Source: an uncultured delta proteobacterium (GTDB lineage: Bacteria > Myxococcota > Myxococcia > Myxococcales > Myxococcaceae). From it: 64,000 nt of DNA. Location of the stretch: the NCBI GenBank assembly GCA_963796055.1, contig CAWCKH010000002.1:32001-96000 (forward strand), in the 5' to 3' direction. The notes beneath the pieces were generated by a model. The model was given only the letters and a program-made list of their open reading frames with translations. It did no database searches and was not told the origin of the DNA. This document shows positions 40,548-51,295 of the stretch, piece after piece. The first letter of the stretch is position 1. The number at the start of each line of letters is the position of its first letter. The position numbers and the translations under genes are program-made.

Positions 40548-42344
40548 ATGGACGTGGACCTGGACATCGCCCGGGCGGAGGTCGGTCCCGCGCCCCTGAT
40601 GGGGGACGGATGGGAGCTCCGTTTGCACACCGGTCGCGCCGCGGGCACCGTGCTGGTCGTGCCGCCAAACGGGGCGGTGCTCGGCAGCTCGCGCGAATGC
40701 GAGATGGTGCTGTCCGACGACGGCGTCGCGCCGCGCCACCTGAAATTCTCCGGGAGCAAGGGCAACCTCGAGTTCGTGCACCTCGGTGGCCGCTGGCCCA
40801 CGCTGCTCGATGGCGAGCCCCGGACGAGCGGCGTGCTGCGGGAGGGAAGCCAGCTTCAGGTCGGAGCGGTGCTCCTCTCCGTGGCCCGGCGCTCGATGAC
40901 CGCCCCACCCGGCGGTCCCGCCACCGAGGACGACGAGCCACCGCTCGCCCCGGGCACCATCCTCGCCGAGCGCTACCGCATCCACGACCTGGTGGGACGC
41001 GGCGGGATGGGCGCGGTGTACCGTGCCGAGCACCTGGCGCTCGGCAACACGGTGGCGGTGAAGGTGCTGCGGGCGTCGCACGGTGCGCATGCAGACATCG
41101 TCCGCCGCTTCCAGCGGGAGGCCGTCGCCGCGAGCCAGATCCGCCACCCAGGCATCGTCGAGGTCACCGACTTCGGCCAGACGCCGGACGGGCGCTTCTA
41201 CCTGGCGATGGAGCTCGTCGACGGCGAGACGCTGGCCCGGCGGCTGGCGAGGCTCGGTCCGCTGGTGCCTGCGGAGGCCGTGTCGCTGGTGCGCGCGCTG
41301 GCCCGGGCCCTCGGCGCCGCGCATGCCCGCGGCATCTACCACCGCGACATCAAGCCCGAGAACGTGCTGCTCGCCCGCGACGGGAGCGTGAAGCTGGCCG
41401 ACTTCGGCATCGCCCGGCTCGCCGAGGGTCCCCGCGACGCGCGGGAGACCGCCGCCGGGCTCATCTTCGGAACGCCGCACTACATGTCGCCAGAGCAAGC
41501 CGCCGGTCAGCGCCAGGATGGGCGGAGCGACGTATACGCGCTGGGGGTGCTCCTCTTCGAGCTGCTCACCGGGGCGCCCCCGTACCTCGGGGCGAGCGCC
41601 ACGCATGTGCTCGCCGCGCATCTGCTCTCGCCCGTGCCGCGGCTGCCGCCCCAGGGGCCGCACGGAGCCATTCCGCGGACCTTGGCCGACCTCGTCGCAC
41701 GGATGATGGCCAAGACCGCCGCCGAGCGTCCGGCGACGATGGCCGAGGTCGAGGCCGCGCTCGACGCCGTGCTCGCCGGCCAGGAGCTCCCCCTCCCCGC
41801 TCCGCGCGTGCTGCCGCGGACCCGGATCGCGCTGGTCGGCCTTGCCCTGGTGGCAGCAACGGTGGCGATCGCCCTCGTCACCCGTGGCGCCCGGAGCCCG
41901 GCCGCGGCCTCGACCTCGGGTCCTGGTCCCGCATCCGCGGGCACTTCGCCCGTGCCCGGAGTCACACCCCCCATCCCGGCGTCTCCGCCCCGGCTTCCCC
42001 AGGACGGCGCGTCGGGGCCGGTAGCGGCGACGGTCGCAGCGATGCCCGCTTCCAGGTCCCCTTCCGCCCCGCCGGCGCGTGCAGAGCGGCCTTTGCCGAT
42101 CGCCGTCGAGCTGCGCTCCACACCCGCCGGCGCCAGGGTCACCCTGCACGGACGGCCGCTCGGGCACACGCCGCTCTCGGTCCGCCTTCCCCCGGACCGC
42201 ACCCTGCTGCTGGTCTTCGAGGCCGACGGCCGGCAGTCCATCGCCGAGCGGGTCAGGGCACGGGCCGGGCTGGTGGTCACCGCGCACCTGCCGCCCGCGC
42301 CCGTCGCTCCGGGTCTGGACGACCTCAAGGCCTCGCCCTACTGA
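40548..42344 (+). CDS. Ser/Thr protein kinase with N-terminal FHA-like domain, TM and C-terminal PEGA domain
   Basis: GRGGMG, VAVK, HRDIKPEN, DFG, GTPHYMSPE; STPAGA...LGHTP PEGA motif. Confidence 0.92.
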   Translation: MDVDLDIARAEVGPAPLMGDGWELRLHTGRAAGTVLVVPPNGAVLGSSRECEMVLSDDGVAPRHLKFSGSKGNLEFVHLGGRWPTLLDGEPRTSGVLREGSQLQVGAVLLSVARRSMTAPPGGPATEDDEPPLAPGTILAERYRIHDLVGRGGMGAVYRAEHLALGNTVAVKVLRASHGAHADIVRRFQREAVAASQIRHPGIVEVTDFGQTPDGRFYLAMELVDGETLARRLARLGPLVPAEAVSLVRALARALGAAHARGIYHRDIKPENVLLARDGSVKLADFGIARLAEGPRDARETAAGLIFGTPHYMSPEQAAGQRQDGRSDVYALGVLLFELLTGAPPYLGASATHVLAAHLLSPVPRLPPQGPHGAIPRTLADLVARMMAKTAAERPATMAEVEAALDAVLAGQELPLPAPRVLPRTRIALVGLALVAATVAIALVTRGARSPAAASTSGPGPASAGTSPVPGVTPPIPASPPRLPQDGASGPVAATVAAMPASRSPSAPPARAERPLPIAVELRSTPAGARVTLHGRPLGHTPLSVRLPPDRTLLLVFEADGRQSIAERVRARAGLVVTAHLPPAPVAPGLDDLKASPY

Positions 42345-42356
42345 GGCCGCTGGGGT

Positions 42357-42427
42357 CTACCGGACGCCGCGGCCTTGACCAACCCGACGCCGGGGCTCCT
42401 GGCCTACCGGACGCCGCGGCCTTGACC
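42357..42427 (+). repeat. 24-bp direct repeat, two copies, 23-nt spacer
   Basis: CTACCGGACGCCGCGGCCTTGACC at 42357-42380 and 42404-42427. Confidence 0.85.
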
Positions 42428-42443
42428 TAACCTCCTGCCCCCG

Positions 42444-43310
42444 ATGCTGGCAGTGGTGATGGCCGGCCTGCTGCTCTCCACTCCTCCCGGCGACGTGGAG
42501 CAGGCCCGGGCCGACTTCGAGCGGGGTGCGGCGCTGTACCGCGCGGGAGACTTCCGCGCGGCGCTGGAGGCGTTCGAGGCGGCCCAGGCCCGCGCCCCGG
42601 CGGCCGAGACGCTCTTCAACATCGCCCGCTGCCAGGAACAGCTGGGGCAGCTCGCCGACGCCGTCGAGTCGTACAGCGCGTACCTCGCCTCGGCGCCCGA
42701 TGCACCGGACCGTGCCGCGGTGAGCGCACGCGTCCTGGCTCTCCGCGCGCGGCTCCCGCTCGAGGCCTCGCTGCGGATCTCGGTCGAGCCGCCGGCGTCG
42801 GTGGCGATCGACGGTGAACCGGCAGGGCTTTCACCGGTGTCGGCCCGGCTCAGACCGGGCTCGCACCAGGTGCGGGCGACGCAGGACGGGTACCAGCCCC
42901 TGGAGCGCGAGGTGGAGCTTGCCCCCGGCGCCCGCGTCCAGCTCGAGCTGTCGCTGGTGGCGCTCGTGCCGCCGGTCGCCGCCACCGAGCGGGCGCCCGA
43001 GGCTGCCGTCCGGGACACGGTGCCGCCGGCGAAGACACAGCCCCGTCGCTGGACCTACGTCGCCGCGGGACTGGCCGCCGTGTGCCTCGCCGCGGGCGTC
43101 ACGTTCGGCGTGAGCGCCCACCAGGCGCAGGAGACGCTCAAGGACGGCACACGGCGCAGCGCCGAGCAGGTGCAACAGGTCTACGACACCGCCGTCGCGC
43201 GCAGCGCCGCGGCCAACGGGTTCTACGCCGCCGCCGGGGTCGCCGGAGCCGCCGCGGTGACGCTCTTCTTCCTCGAGCCTCACCTCGGGGCGCCCGCGGA
43301 GGCCCGCTAG
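42444..43310 (+). CDS. TPR + PEGA domain protein
   Basis: FERGAALY...LFNIARCQEQLG TPR; VEPPASVAIDG PEGA; hydrophobic C-terminal helices. Confidence 0.85.
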   Translation: MLAVVMAGLLLSTPPGDVEQARADFERGAALYRAGDFRAALEAFEAAQARAPAAETLFNIARCQEQLGQLADAVESYSAYLASAPDAPDRAAVSARVLALRARLPLEASLRISVEPPASVAIDGEPAGLSPVSARLRPGSHQVRATQDGYQPLEREVELAPGARVQLELSLVALVPPVAATERAPEAAVRDTVPPAKTQPRRWTYVAAGLAAVCLAAGVTFGVSAHQAQETLKDGTRRSAEQVQQVYDTAVARSAAANGFYAAAGVAGAAAVTLFFLEPHLGAPAEAR

Positions 43311-43361
43311 TGCTCCAGTGGGCCGCCCGGGCGATCGGCACACCCCGGTCGGAGCGCTGAG

Positions 43362-46232
43362 GTGCGTCCCGCGCCGGTCGTTGCCGCGTGCGCGGTGGGG
43401 GTGGTCCTGGTCGTGGGGTGCAAGCTCGACCTCACCGGCGCGACCTGCAACACCAACGAGAACTGCCCGGTCGGGCAGTACTGCTCCGTGCCCGCGGAGT
43501 CGAAGGGGGGAACCTGTCAGCCGGGAGAACGCGTCAGCGCGCTCCTGACGCTCGCTGCGGACCCGTCCATCCTTCCCGCGGGGGGAAGCACTCAGGCCGT
43601 CGCCACGCTGACCGCGCAGGGCGGCCCGCCGGTGCCGGACGGAGGGCTGGTCACCGACCTGGTGGAGTGGAGCGTCGACCCGACCACCGAGGGCATCCTC
43701 TCGGTGGGCAACGACGCCGGCGTGCGCGGTCTGGTGCAGGCGCTCAGACCGGGGCAGGGCATGGTGCTGGGGACGATGACCTTCGCCGGACAGCCGGTGC
43801 ACGGCGCCACCAGCATCGTGGTGAGCAACGCCGAGCTCCAGCGGCTGGTGGTGGTGGCCGACCGACCCCGGTACGCCGCAGGGACGGTCGGGAGCGCAGC
43901 GGCCACCGGCTTCTTCAGCGACGGCTCGCACGCCGACCTCACCTCGCTGGTGAAGTGGTCGAGCAGCGCCCCCTCGGTGCTCACGGTCTCCGGAGCGTCG
44001 GGGAGCTGGGGACGCCTCGGCGCGGGCACCCCGGGCGGGGCGACCATCCAGGCCAGCTACCTGAACGTCAGCGGGTCCACCTCGGTCGCGGTCAGCGACG
44101 CGACGCTGGTCGGACTGTCCATCTCTCCTCCGCAGCCGCGCGGCGTGGAGGGCACCGATCTGCAGATCGAGGCCACCGGCCTGTTCTCCGACGGGTCGGC
44201 GCAGTCGATGAACCGCTCGGTGGGGTGGAACGTCGACGACCAGAGCGTGGGGTACTTCAGCGCGCCGGGCATCGTCACCCTGCTCACCGCGGGAACCACC
44301 GCGGTACGAGCGGTGGCCTCGGGCTTCCAGGCGGCGGCGGCGCTGGAGGTGGCTCCGCGGGCACCCGCCCAGCTGGAGATCTCCCCTGCGCTCCCCGACG
44401 CGCTCCAGCTCCAGGGGACGAGCCGGCTGGCGGCGTGGACCACCCACCAGGACGGGACGGTGTGCGCCGCCACGCCCGGCTGGAGCAGCGCCGACGGCAC
44501 GGTCGAGGTGTCCTCGGTGGGCGAGATCACCGCCGTGCAGCAGCCCGGCGTGGGGACGGTGATCGCCACTGCGGACGGGCTCGAGGCCCGGGCCGCGGTG
44601 GAGGCGACGGACACCGCGGTGGAGGGCTCGCAGGTGTGGCCGCCCGAGCGGGTAGTCCCGGTGGGGGCGGAAGGGCCGCTCGCCTTCGAGCGGATCCTCG
44701 GCCCGGGGATCTCCCAGGACCTCACCACCGCCGCCGGCTGGCGACCCCAGGACCCGGACGCGGGCATCGACGTGGACACGGGCGAGCGCGGCGGGAGGGT
44801 CCGCACGCGGCAGCCGGGGAGCCGCCTGGCGGTGCTCGCCGTGGTGCCCGGGGCGGTGGCCCGGGCGTGGATCCGCGCGCCCGCGGGTGCCCCCACCCTG
44901 GAGATCGTCCCGCCGGCGGGCACGGTCCCGGTGGGAGGGCGCACCCACGTCGCCTCGGTGGGTCACTGGCCCGACGGCACGGTGGTCGACGTGACGGCCG
45001 CGGCGAGCTGGAGCGCCGCACCGGAGGGCATCGTCTGGGCCGGAGACGGGCCCGGCGCCGGGCTCGTGCTCGGGGCCGATGCCGGGGTGACCACGCTGCG
45101 GGTCCGCTTCGGGGACGCCACCGCCCAGGCGCAGCTGAAGGCCGAGCCCGACCCGGGCACGCTGGAGGTCTGGCCCCCCGGGACCACCCTGGCGGCGGGC
45201 ACCGCGCTTCCGCTCGCGGTGACCCTGGTCACTGGCTCGGGGGATTCGACCGACGTCACCCAGGACGCAGTCTGGACCTCCACCCTCCCCGCGGTGGCGA
45301 TCACCACCAATGCCCCCGGACAGCACGGCACGCTCCTCGGGCGCGCGCCGGGAAGCGCGGTGCTGACCGCCCGGGTCGACCGCCTGGAGGCGAGGCTTCC
45401 GGTCACGGTCACCTCGGCCACGCTGCAGGGAGTGGACCTCCATCCACCCCCGACAGTGGTGACCTGGGCTCCGTCCAGCTTCGGCGCGACGGGTCGGTTC
45501 TCGGACGGCACGGTGCAGGACCTCACCGGTCGGGTGAGCTGGGCGCCCTCAGACCGGGGGGTGCTGCGAATCCGCGGCACCGGGCCGGATCGCGGCACGG
45601 CCAGTGGCGTCGACGCCGGCACGGTGCAGGTGCTGGCCCACCCGCTGGGCGGGGCGACGGTGAGCGTCCCGGTGACGGTGACCGGGTCCCCGCCCTCCTC
45701 GCTGGCGGTGAAGTTACCCACCGGCGGGGTGGCAGTGGGCACACGGCCCGGGGCGCAGGCGCTGGCGCAGACACTCGAAGGAACGACCGTCGACGTGACC
45801 GCGCTGGTCGAATGGAGCAGCTCGGACCCGGCGGCGGCCACCGTATCCAGCGTGGTGCGGCCCGGCCGGGTGACGACACTGCGCCCGGGCACGACGACCC
45901 TCGGAGCGCGCTTCGCCGGACTGACCGCCAGCGGTGACCTCCACATCTCGGGCGACACCCTGACCAAGCTCACCCTGTCCGCTCCGGGAAGCCTCTCGGT
46001 GGGCGCCGCGGCGACGGCGGCCGTCACCGCCACGCTGTCCGGGGGAGGTTCCCAGCCGCTCGCGGAGGACGTGGTGTGGTCCACCGACGCCCCGGCCATC
46101 CTCGGCGTCTCCAACGCGCCCGGAAAGCGCGGACGGCTCCTCGGGCTCGCGCCGGGCACGGCCACGCTGAAGGCCCGCACCCGCAGCGGGCTCCCCTCGC
46201 TGCAGGCGAGCACGGTGGTGACGGTCCAGTAG
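43362..46232 (+). CDS. surface lipoprotein with tandem Ig-like (Big_2-type) repeats
   Basis: VVGC lipobox; Cys-rich N-terminus; repeated ATGxFSDG...D(L/V)T...WSS units. Confidence 0.85.
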   Translation: MRPAPVVAACAVGVVLVVGCKLDLTGATCNTNENCPVGQYCSVPAESKGGTCQPGERVSALLTLAADPSILPAGGSTQAVATLTAQGGPPVPDGGLVTDLVEWSVDPTTEGILSVGNDAGVRGLVQALRPGQGMVLGTMTFAGQPVHGATSIVVSNAELQRLVVVADRPRYAAGTVGSAAATGFFSDGSHADLTSLVKWSSSAPSVLTVSGASGSWGRLGAGTPGGATIQASYLNVSGSTSVAVSDATLVGLSISPPQPRGVEGTDLQIEATGLFSDGSAQSMNRSVGWNVDDQSVGYFSAPGIVTLLTAGTTAVRAVASGFQAAAALEVAPRAPAQLEISPALPDALQLQGTSRLAAWTTHQDGTVCAATPGWSSADGTVEVSSVGEITAVQQPGVGTVIATADGLEARAAVEATDTAVEGSQVWPPERVVPVGAEGPLAFERILGPGISQDLTTAAGWRPQDPDAGIDVDTGERGGRVRTRQPGSRLAVLAVVPGAVARAWIRAPAGAPTLEIVPPAGTVPVGGRTHVASVGHWPDGTVVDVTAAASWSAAPEGIVWAGDGPGAGLVLGADAGVTTLRVRFGDATAQAQLKAEPDPGTLEVWPPGTTLAAGTALPLAVTLVTGSGDSTDVTQDAVWTSTLPAVAITTNAPGQHGTLLGRAPGSAVLTARVDRLEARLPVTVTSATLQGVDLHPPPTVVTWAPSSFGATGRFSDGTVQDLTGRVSWAPSDRGVLRIRGTGPDRGTASGVDAGTVQVLAHPLGGATVSVPVTVTGSPPSSLAVKLPTGGVAVGTRPGAQALAQTLEGTTVDVTALVEWSSSDPAAATVSSVVRPGRVTTLRPGTTTLGARFAGLTASGDLHISGDTLTKLTLSAPGSLSVGAAATAAVTATLSGGGSQPLAEDVVWSTDAPAILGVSNAPGKRGRLLGLAPGTATLKARTRSGLPSLQASTVVTVQ

Positions 46233-46285
46233 AGCCAGAGCTTCGTGGCGCCGGGACCGGGGGGGTGCTAGCTCCCGGAGCGGGC

Positions 46286-47662
<1,377 letters not shown>

Positions 47663-47681
47663 CAGCGCCCTGGCGAGCCGA

Positions 47682-49520
47682 TCAGACTGAACGGGGGCGC
47701 TCGGCGTCCGGCAGCTCGAGCCAGAACACGCTGCCGGCTCCGGGCGCACTCTGCACGCCCACCTTCCCTCCGTGCGCCTCCACCACGTCACGGACGATCG
47801 ACAGCCCGAGGCCGGCACCGCCCGGCTCGGAGCCAGGCACCCGGTAGAACTTCTCGAAGAGGCGTGGCTGGTATTCGGGGGCGATGCCCGGCCCGTCGTC
47901 GCGGACCTCGATCCGGACCCCACCGGCGTCCCGCATCGCCCGGACGCGGACCGGTCGCCCCGGCGGCCCGTGCCGCACGGCATTGGAGAGGAGGTTGGTC
48001 AGCGCCAGGTCGATGCGGTCGGGGTCGGCAGTCACCCGCTCGGCCCCTGGCTCGATCTCCAAGTCGATCGAGATCCCTTGTCGGTCGCTCAGGTCGCGGA
48101 CCGCCTGTCGTGCCTGTTCCAGCAGCAGCTCGGTGGAGACCTCCCGGGGATGGAGCTCCAGACGCCCCGAGCGGATGCGGGCCAGGTCCAGGAGATCGTC
48201 GACGATGCCCTGGAGCCGGTCACACTCCTCGCGCGCCGCAGCCACCAGGTCCAGCTGTCGCTCGTTGAGTTGCCCCACCGTCTGCTCGGCCAGGAGGTGA
48301 ATTGCCATCCGCAGGCTGGTGAGCGGGGTCCGGAACTCGTGGGCCACGGTGGCGACCAGGTCGTCCTTCAGCTCGTCGAAGCGCCGGACCCGGGTGATGT
48401 CCTGCAGGAGCACCGTCACCCCGAGCAGCTGTCCCTCGTCGCTCGAGACCCGGTTGGCCCGAGGAAGCAGCGCCCGGTTTCCGTCGCTCGACTCCACCAG
48501 GAGCGCGTCCTCGAAGCCGCGCGGCTGAACCGTGGGGGCGCCCGAGAGCACCTCGTCCCGGATGCGCTCCACCCGCTCCCGCACCGCCGGCGGCGCCGAG
48601 GCCAGGTGTCCGTCCGAGGCGCGAATGCCCAGGATCTCCTCCGCGGCGCGATTGGCGTTGGCCACCTTTCCCTTGATGTCGAAGACCAGCACCGGATCCG
48701 GAAGGCTGTCGATGGTGGCCTGGGCCGCCAGCTGCGCCTCGAGGAGCTCTCCCAGGCTGGAGTCGCGGTAGCGCTGGAGGCTCTCGGCCATGGCATTGAA
48801 GTCGTTCGCCAGCTGGGTGAGCTCCGAGCCGCCGTCCTCCGGCACCCGGACCCGGACCGCGTAGTCGCCCTGCCCGAGTCGCCGCACCGACTGTCCGAGC
48901 ACCGAGACCGGTCGCAGCGCCCGCGAGGTCAGCGCCGCCGAGGCGAGCAGCCCCAGCACCAGCGCCGCGAGCACGCCGCCGACCACCGCGGTCTCCAGCC
49001 ACTCGCTTTGCCGGCGCAACTTGGTGCTCTTGAGGACCATCGCGTCCTGGTTGAGCGAGAGGATCTCGTCGGCGGCGGCCTTCACCCTGACGAAGCCGGG
49101 CTGGAGGACCTCCAGATAGAGCTGCCGGAGCTGGTCCTCTGGCGCGGCGAGGAACCGGTCGTAGTCGCTCTGGTACTGGGTCCAGGCCTCGCGGAGCCTT
49201 CGCGCCGCCTCCGCCTCCCCCGGCTCGGTGATGTTCCGCTCCTCCACCTCCAGCTCGCGCTCGAACGTTGGGCGATGCTCGCGGACCAGCGCCAGCCCGC
49301 GCTCCCGCTCGCCGATGACCAGGAAGAGGGCGGCACTGTCCATCCGCTCGATGGACTCCTTCATCCGCTGTGCGGCCAGGACGCTGCGGTAGTTGTCGGA
49401 GAGGATCCGCTCACCGGCGCGCCCCAGCGCATTGCTGGTGACCACCGACAGCACTGCCACCACCGCCAGGGCCACCGCCAGCGGAGCCTGGGCGATGAGG
49501 AGGCGGCTCCGGAGAGTCAC
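47682..49520 (-). CDS. sensor histidine kinase (periplasmic helical bundle, HAMP, PAS)
   Basis: AHEFRTPL, NLLSNA, DDGPGI, GAGLGL; two TM. Confidence 0.92.
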   Translation of the reverse strand: MTLRSRLLIAQAPLAVALAVVAVLSVVTSNALGRAGERILSDNYRSVLAAQRMKESIERMDSAALFLVIGERERGLALVREHRPTFERELEVEERNITEPGEAEAARRLREAWTQYQSDYDRFLAAPEDQLRQLYLEVLQPGFVRVKAAADEILSLNQDAMVLKSTKLRRQSEWLETAVVGGVLAALVLGLLASAALTSRALRPVSVLGQSVRRLGQGDYAVRVRVPEDGGSELTQLANDFNAMAESLQRYRDSSLGELLEAQLAAQATIDSLPDPVLVFDIKGKVANANRAAEEILGIRASDGHLASAPPAVRERVERIRDEVLSGAPTVQPRGFEDALLVESSDGNRALLPRANRVSSDEGQLLGVTVLLQDITRVRRFDELKDDLVATVAHEFRTPLTSLRMAIHLLAEQTVGQLNERQLDLVAAAREECDRLQGIVDDLLDLARIRSGRLELHPREVSTELLLEQARQAVRDLSDRQGISIDLEIEPGAERVTADPDRIDLALTNLLSNAVRHGPPGRPVRVRAMRDAGGVRIEVRDDGPGIAPEYQPRLFEKFYRVPGSEPGGAGLGLSIVRDVVEAHGGKVGVQSAPGAGSVFWLELPDAERPRSV

Positions 49521-50671
49521 TCCCGCGCCTCCCCCAGGGGCACCACCTGCACGTCGAGGTCGGTCGCCTCGCGGACCAGGCGGAGGTCCACGGTGCGTCC
49601 GAGCAGTCGGCGAAAGCCGCTCTGGTGAGAACGGCCGATCAGGAGCAGGCCTACGTTGTGGCTGCGTGCGAAGTCGAGCAACGCCGGGACCGGGTCCGCG
49701 GCGCGCAGCCGGACCACCTCGGCCCCGAGGGCACGGGCGCGCTCGATGTTCTCCAGGAGATGCCGCTGCGCCTCGGAGTCGATCCGGTCCGGGGCCTCCT
49801 CCGGGGTCTCCACGTACACCACGAACCAGTCGGTGTTCAGCCGCCCCGCCACCCGGGATCCCCGTCGAAGGAGCTCTGCGGCCCGCGGGGGGTAGGAGGA
49901 CATGCAGACCATGACCCGAGCCCCCGTGGAGCGCGGGACCGCCTCGGAGGAGTCCCGCCGGAAAGTGTCCCGCTCCAGCGATTCGGCCACCTCCCGGAGG
50001 GCCAGCTCGCGCAGGGTGGCCAGGTTCCCCGGCTGGAAGAAGCGCTCCAGGGCCTGCGGCACCTTCTCGCTGGCGTAGATCTTCCCGGACCGGAGCCGCT
50101 CCTCCAGGTCCTCCACCGCCAGATCGAGGTTCACCACCTGATCGGCAGTCTTCAGCCAGGCATCAGGGACGGTTTCCCGCACCCGGACCCCGGTGGCACG
50201 GGCCACGAGATCATTCAGCGACTCGAGGTGCTGGACGTTGAACGCCCCGATGACGTTGATCCCTGCGGCGATCAGCTCCTCCACGTCCTGCCACCGCTTG
50301 CGGTTGCGGCTGCCCGGGGCGTTGGTGTGGGCGAGCTCGTCCACCACCGCAATCTGGGGCTTGCGGGCGAGGATGGCGTCGAGGTCCATCTCCTCGACCT
50401 CCACCCCGCGGTACTCGATCTTCCTGCGAGGGACGACCTCCAGCCCCTCCACCAGGGCCGCGGTCTCCTCCCGTCCGTGGGTCTCCACGAAACCTACCAC
50501 CACGTCGACGCCGCGCTCGCGGAGGGCGTGCGCCTCCTCGAGCATCCGGTAGGTCTTCCCCACCCCGGCGGCGAAGCCGATGTACAGCTTGAGCCGTCCC
50601 CGCTGTCCCTGGCGCACCAGAGCCAGGAAGTCCTCCGCCCTGCGCTCTGGGCGGTCGGGGACCGAGGTCAT
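49517..50671 (-). CDS. kdpD: KdpD N-terminal sensor domain + USP domain (split KdpD)
   Basis: GFAAGVGKT, VDELAHTN, NVQHLESLND, LRELALR; no TM or kinase domain. Confidence 0.88.
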   Translation of the reverse strand: MTSVPDRPERRAEDFLALVRQGQRGRLKLYIGFAAGVGKTYRMLEEAHALRERGVDVVVGFVETHGREETAALVEGLEVVPRRKIEYRGVEVEEMDLDAILARKPQIAVVDELAHTNAPGSRNRKRWQDVEELIAAGINVIGAFNVQHLESLNDLVARATGVRVRETVPDAWLKTADQVVNLDLAVEDLEERLRSGKIYASEKVPQALERFFQPGNLATLRELALREVAESLERDTFRRDSSEAVPRSTGARVMVCMSSYPPRAAELLRRGSRVAGRLNTDWFVVYVETPEEAPDRIDSEAQRHLLENIERARALGAEVVRLRAADPVPALLDFARSHNVGLLLIGRSHQSGFRRLLGRTVDLRLVREATDLDVQVVPLGEARE

Positions 50672-51285
50672 GGCTTGCCGGTGGCCGTCTTTCCGTCTCG
50701 GTCCGGAGCGCCGAACTGGCGGTCCAATGCCAGATTCAGGGTCAGGACGTTGACCCGCGGCTCACCGAGGACCACCAGGTCCCGCCGCTCGATCTGCGAT
50801 TCGACCAGAGTTCGCACCCGGTCCTCGGCCACGTGTCTCGCCCGCGCCACCCGGGGAACCTGCCACAGCGCGCCGGCGGGCGACAGATGGGGATCGAGAC
50901 CACTGCCAGAGGCGGTCACCAGCTCCACCGGTGCCGGACCCTGGGCGTCCGGGTTCTCGGCCTGGAGCTTCTGCAGCGCATCCACCGCCCCGTCGCGGAG
51001 CTTCTTGCTGGTCGGACCGAGGTTCGAGCCGCCCGAGCTGGTCGCATCCCAGCCGTCCTTGCCCGCCGCCGAGGGGCGGGGGTGGAAGTAGCCCGAGGCG
51101 CTGAAGCCCTGCCCCAGCAGCTCCGAGCCCACGACCCGACCGGCCTCGTCCTTCACCAGGCTCCCGTTCGCACGCCAGGGGAAGAGCACCTGGGCGAGCC
51201 CGGTAGCCACAAACGGGTAGACCAGCCCGGTGAGAACCAGGGTGACGGCGGTGACGCGAAGAGCGACCACGAGTTCCTTGCGCAT
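50668..51285 (-). CDS. kdpC: K+-transporting ATPase C subunit
   Basis: ANGSL, YFHPRPSA, SGSGLDPH, GEPRVNV. Confidence 0.95.
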   Translation of the reverse strand: MRKELVVALRVTAVTLVLTGLVYPFVATGLAQVLFPWRANGSLVKDEAGRVVGSELLGQGFSASGYFHPRPSAAGKDGWDATSSGGSNLGPTSKKLRDGAVDALQKLQAENPDAQGPAPVELVTASGSGLDPHLSPAGALWQVPRVARARHVAEDRVRTLVESQIERRDLVVLGEPRVNVLTLNLALDRQFGAPDRDGKTATGKP

Positions 51286-51295
51286 GATGGCTGCC

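Noticed and set aside
42357..42427. Possible mini-CRISPR array
   Set aside because: Only two repeats, a 23-nt spacer partly resembling the repeat, and no cas genes or leader.
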